Notes under the pieces: model-generated
Told to the model about the DNA's origin: nothing
The model's input: only the letters and a program-made list of their open reading frames with translations
Database searches by the model: none
From: Balamuthia mandrillaris
Lineage: Eukaryota
NCBI GenBank assembly: GCA_031835245.2
Contig: JAVKOQ020000024.1
Span: 62,001-126,000, forward strand
Reading direction: 5' to 3'
Length of the DNA stretch: 64,000 nucleotides
In this document: positions 46,539 to 59,285 of the stretch, piece after piece
Numbering within the stretch: the first letter of the stretch is position 1
Layout of the letters: each line of letters starts with the position of its first letter
Translations under genes and position numbers: made by a program

Positions 46539-48921
46539 TCAAGAAGCCCGGTTCCGCAACAGCAGTTGGGTGCCATGCTTAGGAGTGGCAGTGAGTCCAA
46601 TCTTTATCTCAAAGAGGGTTGCTGGCTCCACACCCGGAGGAACGTGAATGCTGAACGACCTCACAATGGAGGCCAGCAGAAGCACGGCCTCCACCTCAGC
46701 GAATTTCATTCCTAAGCAACTCCTGTTCAGTGTGCAAAAAGAATGAGCGGCGTCAAAGTTAAAAGAGGGAATGCTGGGTAAACGAACCGTCGGCCCCCAG
46801 AAAACGGTGCAAAGGCGTATGGATTCACGCTGGTTCCACTGTCCTCGCCCATCTTGAGGAACCTCTCCGGTTTAAATATATCAGGTTCTTGCCAGTATTT
46901 CTCGTTGCGATGCAGCACATTCAGTGCAACCGATATTGTAGTCTGCGAAAACAAGTTCAATACGGTATGTATCTTTCTCTCTTTGTGTTTGACGTACATT
47001 CTTTGGGATAAGGTAGCCACTGATCATAACATCTTCTGCAGCCATCTTTGGAACCATGTTGACGGGAGGATACATTCTAAGAGCTTCCTTGAACACGCAC
47101 ATGGTGTAATTCAGTTTCTTGTAGTCGTCATAGGTGAGTTGTTCGCTTTGTTCACCTGAAGCCATCTTTTCTTGCAACAGTCGCTGCACCTCTTCATACA
47201 CCTTTATGTAAAAATTACCAGCTTTGAGCAATGCACTCGATGTTGTGTGAATGAATTTCCTACCTTCTGTTGAGCGTCAGGATGACAAGCAAGCAATGCA
47301 AACGAGAAGGCCAATGTATGGGACGTCGTTTCATGGCCTACAAAGGAGTGGCAATGTTTGTCAAGCAGGAGCAAACTCTTCAAAGAACACTAACGAACCT
47401 GCAACTAAAAAAATGAAGATATTGGCACGGATCTCCTCGTCTGTGAGACGAATGTTGGAGTGCGGATCTTCAGCTCGGAGAAGCAGCGAAAGGAGGTCCG
47501 CTCTGCCAACACTCTCACCCACTTCAGCCTGTGGAAGTGGACACGAAATGGGTGAGTTTAACGAAGGAAAGGGGGAAAGTGAAGATAGATACATTCTGCT
47601 TATTCTTTCTGTCCACGATGAACTCGTTAATGTAGTGCTCAAACTCGGCGAAGCTGTCCTTGGCCACTTTGGGTTTGCCAAAGGGAACAAACTTGACAAC
47701 GTTTGGCAAACCGAGCCGTAGCCATAGCAAATCCACGACATTGTTCATGCAGTTCTGGTGTGACACAAATGTTGACATTCAGTTAGCAACCTTTCCCTGA
47801 CCATAGGGGAAAAGGGAAGAAGAAGAAGAAGAAGAAGAAGAAGAAGAAGAACAGGATGAACAAGAACAAGAACAAGAACAAGAACAAGAACAAGAACAAG
47901 AACAAGAACAAGAACAAGAACAAGAACAAGAACAAGAACAAGAACAAGAACAAGAACAAGAACAAGAAGAAAAAGAAGAAGAACAAGAACAAGAACAAGA
48001 ACAAGAACAAGAACAAGAACAAGAAAGGAGAATAAAGCTGAACCCAAAATGATAAAGTGTGACGAGTGCCTTCCTCCGGCTCGAATACTATCTCACTGCC
48101 AAAACCAGCTTCCGAAATGATTGCTAATGCGGTTTTGTTTATCTCGTGCAGCATATCCACTTGAACTTCCCACCGGGGACCTTTGTGTGTGGCCTTTGTC
48201 TCCCACTCTTGGAACAATTTGTGGCAGGAAGACACCACCACATTGCTGACCAGCTTCAAGTTGGCGATCGAAAAGGCGGGGGAGCATAACGATCTTTAAA
48301 CAGCGTTAGTGCATCGCTAAAGAAAACACGAACAAAAAGGTGGATGTACCTTTGTTTTTTCCATTGGGGTCCAGTTTCGGAGATGCTAACGATGTTTTCC
48401 CCAAACACTCTAATAACGTCGTAAAGTGCAGGTGGCTTGGGAAACAACTTACTGTCCACAAAGAGCTGCTTCGCTATCTCCGCGTCGCTTTGTTGCAGTC
48501 AAGTCAGAACAGCACCACAAGGAGAAGCAAGAGAACAAAAAAGAATGTGAGCGACGACTCACTTCACTATCACTTGGATTCTGTCGTGGGAGATGAAGGC
48601 TATGACCGGCGAGTTCTTTTCCTTAAGATTCGCCTCCACTGCAGCGAAACGTTCATGTCGTACCGGAACAACCAGCGGGGAGAGAGGTTCACCCATAACG
48701 AACCCCAGTGGAACAGTTGCCGGATATGGGGGATATGACGGAACCGCCAGACCCGGTACCAGAACCGCAAGATATAGAACCCCTTGAGATATCAGCTTGC
48801 ATGAGAGAAACGGACAAAAAGCCAAGAACAGGAAAGACAACCACCGTACCAAGCGAAGCAGAGAGAGGGCAACAAGACCAGCAACCGCCGCGAGAAACAT
48901 TTGAAACCAGGCCACCTCCAT
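46539..48921 (-). CDS. Cytochrome P450, multi-exon
   Basis: N-terminal anchor; I-helix IFLVA|GHETT; KEALR (ExxR); FKPERF; heme motif FSGGRR|SCLG; stop at 46539. Confidence 0.95.
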
Positions 48922-49361
48922 GTGTCGATCGCTCGTGTTACTGTGTTTTCTTCAACAGTGTCTCCTTCGCTTTTTGTAGGAAAAGGCATGTCTTTCGGCT
49001 TTTTCTTCCTCCGTTTCTCACTCTTTTCGTGGGAAAAGGCGTGCCTGTCGGTTCGCATTCCAAATAACAAAAACACCGAAAAAAGAAGAGGATGGCGCTC
49101 TCCTGTGTCCCCGGCGATGCCCTCAGTTACTCTCTCCATGGGGGGAGCATCACGCATCTCCTGTTGCGATATGGCTTCCAAGTTGGAAGACCTGGAACCG
49201 GAAGGAGTGCCTCTTTGGCTTGCGGTTTGGCAGGCATGAGTAAAGAATGAAAGAGGCGATGAGAAAGAGAGAATAAAAAGTACCTTTTTATTGAATGAAA
49301 AGGTGGAAAACTTATCGCCTGAAGAAGAACGGCAAGTGTTTTGTGTTTATGATGATAACCT

Positions 49362-50069
49362 TCACTCGGGTGGTCCCGATGTGAAGGTCTCGGCTTCAAG
49401 CAATCCTCGTTTGGCCCTTCTGACCGCTTCTCTTCTTCTGTCCACCTCCTGGAAGAGTCCACGGAGGACGTTCGGTCCTCCACAACACCTCTCCTCTCTC
49501 TCTTCTTCCTTTCCTTCTCCTCTCAAGCATCTGCTGAGGCGGAGCCACATGGAGACGTATTCCAGGACTGGGGCGGCGATGAAGCCGTGGGCAAGGTTCG
49601 GCTTGGCCTGGAACTCTTCGAAGCAAAAGTGGCCGATCACTTGCAACGTGAAGCTGGTCATCATCATCCCAAACCCAACCAACGTCAAGAAGTACCAGCG
49701 ATGCCCAAACGCTGGGTCGTGCTGGTGATGCCAGCCATAGAGAAGCGTCTGCTCAAGGCTCCAAGCGGCTCCCGCGAGAGGGAGGAGGACCAACACGGAG
49801 TAGGACAGGCCATAGAGGAACATGGGGCGGGTCAGGAGAACGCAGTAGGCGATCAGGAAGGCCACCACGATGCAGAGCAGCACCAGCGCCACCTGCTCGT
49901 ACTCGGGGGGCAGGGAGGAGGCCATCAGCATCACCCCCAACAGGTGGGTGTGGAGGAAGAGCAGGTGGTTCAGGTGGAGCTGCCAGGAGTGGTGGAAGAA
50001 GTAGTGGAAGACCATGGCCGGTCGCAGCGGACCCAGCGCCGGGAACGACGGCACCACCGCTTCCTCCAT
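49362..50069 (-). CDS. DUF962/Mpo1-like membrane protein, intronless
   Basis: HHSWQLHLNHLLFLH His cluster, several TM segments, LQVIGHFCFEEFQAKPNL. Confidence 0.7.
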   Translation of the reverse strand: MEEAVVPSFPALGPLRPAMVFHYFFHHSWQLHLNHLLFLHTHLLGVMLMASSLPPEYEQVALVLLCIVVAFLIAYCVLLTRPMFLYGLSYSVLVLLPLAGAAWSLEQTLLYGWHHQHDPAFGHRWYFLTLVGFGMMMTSFTLQVIGHFCFEEFQAKPNLAHGFIAAPVLEYVSMWLRLSRCLRGEGKEEEREERCCGGPNVLRGLFQEVDRRREAVRRAKRGLLEAETFTSGPPE

Positions 50070-50167
50070 TTTGTTTTTAAAGTTTGTTGTGGCGTTACCG
50101 GAGAGAGCAGCTGCTTGGCTTTTTGCTTTTTTTGGATTGGACTTTGGAGTTTTCGCCAGAAATTCCT

Positions 50168-50199
50168 GTAGTATCTTCGTGTCGACACGAAGATACTAC
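50168..50199. repeat. Perfect 32-bp palindrome GTAGTATCTTCGTGTCGACACGAAGATACTAC
   Basis: Equal to its own reverse complement; extends to 50163-50204 with one T/T mismatch. Confidence 0.97.
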
Positions 50200-50738
50200 T
50201 GGAACGAATAAAGACGCAATAATTGCTTTTATTCGTTCTTCGGGATGGCTCAGCGCAAAAGGTGCTTTGTCCACAAGCTGAAAGGCATTCATTGACTCTT
50301 TGTCGGTCGGACACCTTTGGCTTTTCTGCGTGGTGCATCTTCAGGAGAGACACTTTTGACGACCCTTTTAGGAAATGATTGGCCAAATCAAAACAACGAA
50401 AGAATATTTGAAAAAGAAAGAAGTGGCAGCAAAGGGCTGTGTGGGGAAAGACTTTGCTTTTTTTTCGCCGTAGCGCAAGATTTGCCTCTTTCTTAGCCGA
50501 TCGTGCACCTTCGATTGGCATCAGGATCGATCTTGGCGCGATATCAGGAAAAGTAAAACAGGGAGGGTATGTTTTTTATTGTTCATTCTTTTTTGTAAAT
50601 ATGGCTCTCATTTTTTTTTACTTCAATCTTCATCGTAGCGCTACTACTTTTTTTTTTCGCTTAATCGGTTTCTTTTTTTTTTCAGTCGCTAACTCTCTCC
50701 TCATCGTCGACGACCCAACAAAATACAGAAGGGTAACC

Positions 50739-53103
50739 ATGGCTGACCTGCTGTCCCTGCTTCAAAGCAAGTCGGAGGAGCTGGAGCAGCCACCACAAAA
50801 CAACAACGCGGGTTCTGCCAATCATAACCATCACCACCACCACCAAAAGGAGGAGGAAGGAGAGGACGTTTACGATCTTCTTCCTCCCCCTCCTCCATCT
50901 TTCCTACCCCCCTCATCCAACGACGAGTTCCACCATAACTTTAAAGATGGATATTCTCTCCCGCCTCCTCCAGATTTTTCTAGTGGAGGAGAGGAGGCAA
51001 ACGAGGAAAGTGGCGAGGAAGAGAAGCCGACGAAAGAGGAGCCTGCTCTCTACTCCGTCACTTCTTCTCTTCTTTGTGAGGAGTATGTCGATCCGCTGAA
51101 TAACAATAGGCCAAAGTCGTTGGACTGTTTCTCTTCCTCTGCCCCGCCTCCTCTTCCTGCTTCTCCTCCGCATGGGCTTCGCCGTTCGTCTGCTTACACC
51201 CCCTCTATTGCTCCGCCTCCTCTTCCTTCTTCTCCTCCGCATGGGCTTCGCCGTTCGTCTGCTTACACCCCTTCTTCCTCTTCTTTGTTTGAACGCACTG
51301 CTCCGATCAACGCTAGCAACAACAGTAACAACAGTGACTTTGGCAAACAGGAAACACAAGATCCATTGCTTAGCAGCGCCTCCTACCCAACCGGTATTTC
51401 TTCCTCTACGCCAAACCTCAAAACGCACATCTCCTCGTCTCCACCGTCGCATGCGTTTGCTTCTGCCTCTGCTCTACCAACACCAGCAACAACCAATTTA
51501 GCCGGTCGCTCTTCCTCTGCTCCTCATCAATTGGAACATCCCCAACAAGAGAACAACAACACCAGCATGGCGGTAGCTATAGCGGCGTTACAACCACGAA
51601 GCGCGAGTTGCATGGCCGGCGGTCGCGTTCCTGCCACCCCTAAAAGCGTTTCATTCTACTCTCCGCCGGCTTCTAGCAAAATAAATACAGGAGCAAATGA
51701 GCTGGGCCATCAACAAACTGTCACTGCAACAGCAACCGCAACCACAACAACAACAGCAGCAATAGCCGGGTATGGATTGGAAGAAGAGGAGGAGCTCCTC
51801 GACTTAGCGTCATCTTCCACTACTGGAGGAGCAGAGGGGGAGGAAAGTGCTACGGGCAGCGGCAAATGGATTGCCATCAACAGGGGAGGTGCCCAGCCCG
51901 GTAAGAAGGGCGGCTCTGTGTTCAAGCGGATGATGCGCCGAACTCCTGTATGCTTCTCCCTCTCTATTCTTTCTATTCTCTCTCACTCTCTCACACTCAA
52001 CTCCTTTCTTTGCATATCTGCTTCTCTTCTCGCCTCTTCTCTTCTCTTTTTTCTCGCTTCTCATATATCTCGCAACCACTACAGAAAAAAGAATCTAGAG
52101 ACAAGTCTTCCACAGTGGAGATAGGCAACCTCCGACAAGAAACCAAAAGAGCTACAGAATCCGCAGTCGCACCGCTCGACGACCCCACCAAGAAAAAGGA
52201 CAAGAAAGGAAAAAAAGACAAAGAGAAACGGAAGAGAAGAGACAGCAAAAAAGCTTCCCTTGACGCGCCGCCTCCTCCTCCAATTACAAATATCTACAAT
52301 AACAATCGTTTAGGAAATAGCAGCGCTGAAGGCTATAACAACAATAACGACTCGCAACAAATGTTAGAAGAAGAACTTGTAGAAATACCAAAAGATGTCA
52401 AAGTGGACATCAACAAGTTCCAGCTGAAGGGATATGCAAAGAAGTATTTTGCGGCTCAGAAGAAGAGACGGTACATTTTCAAGCGTCAAGTTCCTCTCAA
52501 AGAAATGTTGGCCTTTCAGGACGTACGCTCTCCATCATTTTCCTTCTCTTATTCGTTAGTTGGCTTATCGCTTCTTTTTCATGTTTGTTTGTTTGTTTGT
52601 TTGTTTGTTTGTTTGTTTGTTTGTTTGTTTGTTTGTTTGTTTGTTTGTTTGTTTGTTTGTTTGTTTGTTTGTTTGTTTGTTTGTTTGTTTGTTTGTTTGT
52701 TTGTTTGTTTGTTTGTTTGTTTGTTTTTCAAATGTTCATCTCATTTATTTTGTTTTTCTCAATTTTTAAATGCTATTATTTGAAACTAACCAACTCTAAA
52801 AATCACAAATAGAAAAAGCTATTGCAACCCCTTCTCAGCTCTCACAAAGAGGGCAGCAGCAACAAAGCTTTATTGCTCTTCGAGACCATTTTGGAGTATC
52901 AGGGAGTTATCAAGAAAGGTACTCACGAAATGCAGCATGAAGCACGCTTGGCACGCGAAATTGTCAGCGAGGGCATCAGCCATGGAGAGCTACGTGATGA
53001 AATCTTTTGCCAGCTATGTAAACAAACGACTAATACTCCTAATTTGTACGTTGAATTCTTTTTTTTAATTTTTGTTGTTTTGTGCGCCTTGCTTGCTCGC
53101 TCG

Positions 53104-53156
<53 letters not shown>

Positions 53157-53898
53157 ACGTTTGTTCTTTTTGTCTTTTTCTTAATCAAATATTTTAAAAA
53201 ATCAGAGAGTACGCCTACAAAGGATGGGAACTGCTCTGCTTCTGCTGCATCTCCTTCGCACCCACTAAGAACTTTGAGGAGTGGCTCCGCAAGCATCTCG
53301 AAGAGTACCTTAAGTACAACAACAAGACCAACACCAAGGAACCTCAGTACGCCTCCTATTGTCTCCGCAAGCTCGATCGCATCTGCAAGGCTCCTCCCTC
53401 GGCGCGCATCCCTTCGTTGAAAGAGCTTGAGATCCTCCGACTGGCTCCCTTTGGGCACCGTCCCTTCGGCTCCACCCTCGAGGAGATCATGCAAGCCCAA
53501 AGAGAGCAGTTTCCCTCTGCCTCGGTTCCTGTTTTGCTCCCTCGCCTCTGCGATGCCATCTTGCAGAACGGAGGATGTCAGCAGTTGGGACTGTTCCGCG
53601 TGAAAGGCTCGGGCAAGGACTTTTCGCAGGTCATGTCGGAGAAGAAGGCCGAGCTGGAGGCGGGAAATTATGATTGCTTGGAGGATTTGGGCGAGAACAA
53701 TAACTGCAACCTGCCAGCAGAGCTGTTGAAGCTGTGGTTGAGGGAGCTGGCTGATCCTCCTATTCCTATTTCTTACTAGTACGATCATCTCCTTTTAATG
53801 TTAATTTTGATTTGTTTTGCTGGTTTCTAACTCTTTTACTTACTCTGTCGTTGTTCCCTTCTGTTCTTTCTCCTTTTTTTTTTCATTTCGTTGTGTTT

Positions 53899-53940
<42 letters not shown>

Positions 53941-54259
53941 TCCCTCTCCCTCTAGTGAGCAAGGCATCAAGGCGAGCAGCAACCCCAAGAAAGTGGTAGA
54001 ACTTGTACATAAACTGCCCAAAGAGAACCAAGCGACCCTCGCTTTCCTGATCCGCTTCCTCCAGCACATCACCAAACCGGACATAGCGGCCGTCACCCAA
54101 ATGGGGGTGGACAACGTTTCCTCCATCTTTGCCCCCAGTTTTTTGCGCAACCCCTCGGACGACCCGCAGCTCATCCTGCTGAACACGAAGGCGGAGGCGG
54201 AGTTCATGAAGAACCTTTTGCTTCACCTGCAGCCGGAGGAGATCTTGCACGAAAACTGA
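50739..54259 (+). CDS. MyTH4 + RhoGAP domain protein (ARHGAP39-like), multi-exon
   Basis: ELRDEIFCQLCKQTT…KGWELL (MyTH4); FGSTLEEIM…VPVLL…GLFRVKGS…LLKLWLRELADP…MGVDNVSSIFAPSFLR (RhoGAP with Arg finger). Confidence 0.9.
52583..52725. repeat. (GTTT)n tetranucleotide microsatellite in an intron
   Basis: Seen directly. Confidence 0.95.
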
Positions 54260-54466
54260 AGACGAGTTTGGCAAACACACACATATGCACAAAATTGTAC
54301 ACTGGCCGGCCAAAATTATTTTTCTCTTTTCTTCCAAATATTTTGACTTTTTTGTTATGATGTATAAAAAACGAAAATATATCTTACTTATTCAAATAAT
54401 TAACCATTTTTTTAATTGGCCAAAATTATTGCTTATTTTCCAAATATTTACATTGAAAAGCAATAA

Positions 54467-56324
54467 TTATTTTTCTTCTGTTGGGCGAGAAACGACGAGT
54501 TTGGCCATTGCGGAGTGTTCCGGCTCCATCTGGCTCAAAACCTTGGCCCAAAAGCCATCTCGGTGCCTCTTTCGTTCCACATCGTTGGTCACGTTCTTGG
54601 TGTTTTGGAGTACAGAGAAGATCATCGCTGGGGAGAGAGAAGCCAACATCCAACCTTAAGTTGTTTGGTGAGTATGGCGTGAGAGAAATGAGAAGAGAGA
54701 AGAAGAGAGAAGAAAAGAGAAGAAGAGAGAAGAGAGAAGAGAGAGAACGTACTGCCTTGCTTGAACTCAGCTTCGAGTTGGCCAGGTGACCACACAGAGT
54801 GACCCAAGAAAAAATGAATGTTCTTATCTGCCGGTTCTTCCTTTTCTTCCTTATTTTTCCATGCATTGCGAGAAAGACGAAAGGGATCTCCTCCACAATA
54901 AACACCACCAGGCAGTATACGCTTGATTTGATGACTAGCCATGCCTCTTCTAGCTTCCTCTTCTTCTTCCTCCTCCTCATCTTCCACTTCTCTTTCTCTC
55001 TCTTCTGTTTGCTGTTGCTTCGCAACCACTTGTTCTGCTTCTTTCACGTTGTTGCCTTCTGGTGTTGGCAGATGACGAGAGTAAGAGTGAAGGAAGAACA
55101 AATGGCCATTGACTGGTTGTTGGTAAGGAACCGGTCCTCCATACTGAATCGGTCGAGCTCCATACTCACTTGCTAACCTCACTAAGTTATCTTCTTCATC
55201 TCCTTGCTCCGCTTCTTCTTCTTCATCTTCTAAATCATCACCTTCTTCCTCATCTTCATCTTCATCCTCATCCTCCTCATCTTCTGCATTTTCACTTTCA
55301 CTTTGTTCCACTAATGTTCCTCTTCGTCGTGCTTTTAGAGCGTTGGCTCTATCTCTGTAAAGGAGTTGATGACGGATTATACTCGCGACTGTTTGCAGTT
55401 TACCCTCATCCACAAACGGGTTGTTGAGAATGATGCCTTTAGCTCCGCTTTTAGTGTTGTAATCGTAGAGAAGAACAGCAGAGCGTTTGAAGGCATCTCC
55501 CTCTAAGTTTGGGTGAGCAATTAGCACCGTTCCTTTTTGGAGCATTCGTGTGGTGCTTGCTGTTTCGTCTGTGCTGTCTTGTTGTCCGGTTTCCTGTGGA
55601 TGTTGTTGTTGTTGTTGTGTATTTTCTTTGAGACCAAACAGAGAGGCTTTGTTTGTTGATGGCAAAAAGAGAGAAGAATGAATAAATGAATGACTAGAAC
55701 GCGGAGGAGAACAGCAGATTTGAAAGTGAAGAGAGCAGAGAAACAAAGAGAGAGAACAGAGAGAGAGAGAGAGAGAACAGAGAAAGAGGCCATATCAACG
55801 CACTATCAATGCCATATTTCTTGCCAGCACTGACGCAGCGTCCAATCTCTCTTATCGCAACCAAAGCCGCATCGATCAGTCGCTCCTTTTTCTTTAGTCC
55901 ATTATTTTTTTTTGGGGCACTTCAGTGTTGTTGCAAAAACTAACACAATCGAGCAGTGAGTGAAAAAAAAAAAAGGACAAACCAGTTGATCGGGTTCGTC
56001 TTTATGCCGATGGAAGACGTCTGTTAGGAACGACACTACGGAGCGTTGCCGCGCGATGGCCGGGTTGTAAAAGAGCGTCTCCTTGTAGCCAAAGAACTCG
56101 GTGCTCAGCTCATCCACCACGGAATAAGTGTCGACTTGCTGTGGTTTGGCGGTGGGCCGCGTTGCTGCGAAAATAGGGGCCAAGGAACGAGCGGCGCCGG
56201 CGGAGGAGCGCAGGAAGAGAGTGGGGCGGAGGAGAAGGTACTTGAGCGCCGGTTCCCTGTCCAGCACCTTGCCCTCCCTCAATAGCGTCCGGTAGACCGT
56301 CCTCACTAGCGTGGCATCTCCCAT
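54467..56324 (-). CDS. DUF179 (YqgE/AlgH-like) protein, multi-exon
   Basis: VLIAHPNL…FKRSAVLL…GAKGIILN, YGGPV, FFLGHSVWSPGQLEAEFKQGS|W. Confidence 0.85.
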
Positions 56325-56566
56325 TTTGTTCTGTTTTTTTTTGTTTTATACTATTCCTGTAGAATTGGTGCTCAATTACAGAACAAATTGAACTCCAAAA
56401 GCACCCATGATTTTTCAACACAAATGTTGAGTATGAAAGGAATGTTATTTATGCAAAGAATTTTTACATGTCTACAAATAAACAAAATAAGGACATCAAA
56501 GAAGCGACTGGATCTGATGCAGAAGTGTATGTGCATGACGATAGGGGGGAAGGGTTTGTTGGCTCT

Positions 56567-58174
56567 CTAGAACAAGGCCTCGAGGAGAGCGCTGCTGGGA
56601 GTGGCGGCGGCGGACTCGGAGTCCTGCACCACCACCACGTTCTGGCTCCTCTTCTTGCACTCGCAGCCCTCCTCGGAGGAGGACTCCTCCTGGTCGGGGA
56701 GGGTGGGGCTCTGGTCCTCGGGCAAGCGGTCCAACAGGCAGGCGGTGCGGGCGGAGACGCTGAAGGTGTAGCGGCACATGTCGTTGATGGAGGTCTGGGC
56801 GAAGCCCGTGGCCCTGCTGTTCACCGAGGGAGCCATGATGTTGCTGCTGTGCCTGGCGCCGTAGTTGTGCCCGATCTCGTGGGCGGGGATGACCCAGCGG
56901 GCGTTGCCTCCCAGGTAGCCCGTGATGCCGCAGCCCTGGGTGGTGTACCTGCAGAGGGCGCTGTAATAGGCACGCCCGGCCACGCCCGTGCGGTCCGGCA
57001 GGCATCCGGAGAGCAAGTGCCAGAGGCCGATGGTGCGGTCGGTCTGGCGGACCCTCCAGTTGCAGAAGGGAGTGAGCCTGGTCTGCACGTCGGAGGGGCA
57101 GCTGGCGGTGTTGAAGTTGGTGGAGGAGGAAGAGGAGGAGGAGGAAGGGCTGGAGTTGATGACCAGGGACTTGATGACGGGCTTGTTGCGCACGGCGGTG
57201 TAGTAGTGGCCCTGCATGGTGGACCAGACGTAGGAGATGGTGTTCGGGGTGCCGGAGGTGCCGCCCGCCTTGCGGACGTACTGGTTGTCCGTGGCCACGC
57301 CCATGAGCAGGTAGCTCGCGCTGCGAGGAGGGCAGCTGCTGGTGGGGTCCACCACGTCCTCCGCATCCTCCTCTCCCTCCTGGATGTCATCCGTGCCGCA
57401 GGAGACCGGTTGCTCGCCTTCCTCCTCCGCTTGGTCCACGTTGCGAGGGGCAAAAGGAAGCTCATCCCAGTGCTCCTTGAAGACCACCATGTTGCCTCCG
57501 GAGAGGGTCTCCATGCCGCCAGCCTCGCTTCTCTTCTTGCTGAGCTCGGGGTGAAGGTAGGTGGGCTCCACCACGTAACTCTCTCCCGTCTGGGCGTTCC
57601 AGATGCTCATGTGGAAGATGCCTTGATCGTAGTCCGCCACCACGGCGGAGACGCTGGCCTGCTCCTTGCCATCGATGGTGGCCTCTCCCAGGTAGGCCCT
57701 GCTCTGAGGGGAATAGCTCTCCACCAGCTCTCCCTCGGAGAAGACGGAGACCACGGCCTTGGGGTGGAAGAGATCGTTGTTGTGGTGGAGGGAGGCGGAG
57801 AATTCTCGCCCCAAGGCCTTGAAGGACAGGCTCATGGAGTGGCGGCTGGTGAAGGTGGAGTTGGAAAGGGTCCTGCGGGTCATGATGGCTTGGCCGGGGT
57901 TCTTCTGGATGGAGAAGGAGATGCTGTCCAGCAGCTCACGTTCCGCTGGCAGCTCACGAGAGCGCGCTGTCCATGCCCCATGGGGAATCAGGTGAGAAAG
58001 AAGAGAAGGAAAAGAAAGGAGAGAGAGAGAGAGAGAAAGAATGAAGGACTGAAGACAGGAGGAGAAGGGGGGAGGGGTACCGTAGATGTCGGCATAGTTC
58101 AAAGCGAGCGCGGAGGAAACGATGCAAAGAAGCATCACCCCAGCGAGGAATGCAGTGTTACTTGCTCTTGTCAT
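56567..58174 (-). CDS. Secreted M12B (reprolysin/ADAM-like) zinc metalloprotease, one intron ~57990-58079
   Basis: Signal peptide, prodomain with SCGT cysteine switch, AHEIGHNYGARH (HExxHxxGxxH) followed by Met-turn NIMAP. Confidence 0.9.
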   Translation of the reverse strand: MTRASNTAFLAGVMLLCIVSSALALNYADIYGTPPPFSSCLQSFILSLSLSLLSFPSLLSHLIPHGAWTARSRELPAERELLDSISFSIQKNPGQAIMTRRTLSNSTFTSRHSMSLSFKALGREFSASLHHNNDLFHPKAVVSVFSEGELVESYSPQSRAYLGEATIDGKEQASVSAVVADYDQGIFHMSIWNAQTGESYVVEPTYLHPELSKKRSEAGGMETLSGGNMVVFKEHWDELPFAPRNVDQAEEEGEQPVSCGTDDIQEGEEDAEDVVDPTSSCPPRSASYLLMGVATDNQYVRKAGGTSGTPNTISYVWSTMQGHYYTAVRNKPVIKSLVINSSPSSSSSSSSTNFNTASCPSDVQTRLTPFCNWRVRQTDRTIGLWHLLSGCLPDRTGVAGRAYYSALCRYTTQGCGITGYLGGNARWVIPAHEIGHNYGARHSSNIMAPSVNSRATGFAQTSINDMCRYTFSVSARTACLLDRLPEDQSPTLPDQEESSSEEGCECKKRSQNVVVVQDSESAAATPSSALLEALF

Positions 58175-59285
58175 GTTGTTTCGTATCGGCAAGAGGCAAA
58201 CAGGGAGTGGTTATCGGTGTTTTTCGCTTTGTTTGTAAAGTTTGTATTGTTTTGTTGTTTGTTGAGTGAATGAAGGAGAAAGGGAAAGGGAAGGTGAAGG
58301 GGTTTAAATAGTTTCGTTGGTGTCTTCCATCCGTTCCCTCAGCTGACTTTGTTCCAAACCCGATATCTTCCTTCAACATTCGGGGGAACCCAACGTGTTG
58401 TTGGTTGAGTACTCATTTCCTCAATTGTGTTCAAACAACCGTCCATTTCCTCCCTCCGCTTGGCGGTAGTCAACCGAAGGGAGACCACTTCAACGACTAT
58501 CTGGAGACTTATTTCTGTACTTTCAACCATCTTCATTCCGACCAGCTCTGGACCTTTTGTGGAAGGACCAACAAACGAAAACAACAGCAACACACTCCTT
58601 TGGAAGTTCCCCGATATTTTCGAAGCATCAAACAGCCTGCATTACATCTGTTTGAAGCATCGAATAGATGCGTTACATTGGGCCAATGAATGCAAAGAAC
58701 GGAGAGTTCGATCCCGAGGAACCAAACAACCAAATAAAGTGTTCAGTTTCCTCAACACCAAGGAAAAGGAAGATCTGGATGGAACCTAATACTACGATAG
58801 TGCCATTCTACAACTCTTATCTCCAGCCATCGAAGCTCCATTTTCCAGGGAACCGGATGCCTACATTTTCGTTTATTTGGGAGCGTCTGTTCCTCCTCTC
58901 TTAAGATTGATTGTTTATTTGTATAACTAATTTCTAAATAATCAAACTATGTGCTACGCACCTTGAAGCTTGAGAAGAACTAGATGAGGTTGTTGTTTTA
59001 TGGGAAGGAACAGAAAGGAAAAGAAAGCTACGGCATCTGGATGTCATTCTTTTCGAGTGGGTGTGGGTGTCTGTTCGCCTCGCCCCCAACTCTGACCAAC
59101 GACCCAACCTCGTAGAATAGAAGTTTGACAATAGAACTAATAGAAAATTTAAGTGTCGACACCAAGAACTGTCTACAAAAAATGTCTACAAAAAACTGAA
59201 ACAACAAAAAAAAAGATCGGAGAGTTCTTGTTGATTGGATTGGACGCAGGCGAGAGCGTTGTGGCGCGGGTTCTTCTTTCGTGGT

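Noticed and set aside
56468..58273. 601-aa + strand ORF opposite the M12B protease
   Set aside because: Antisense shadow of a GC-rich gene.
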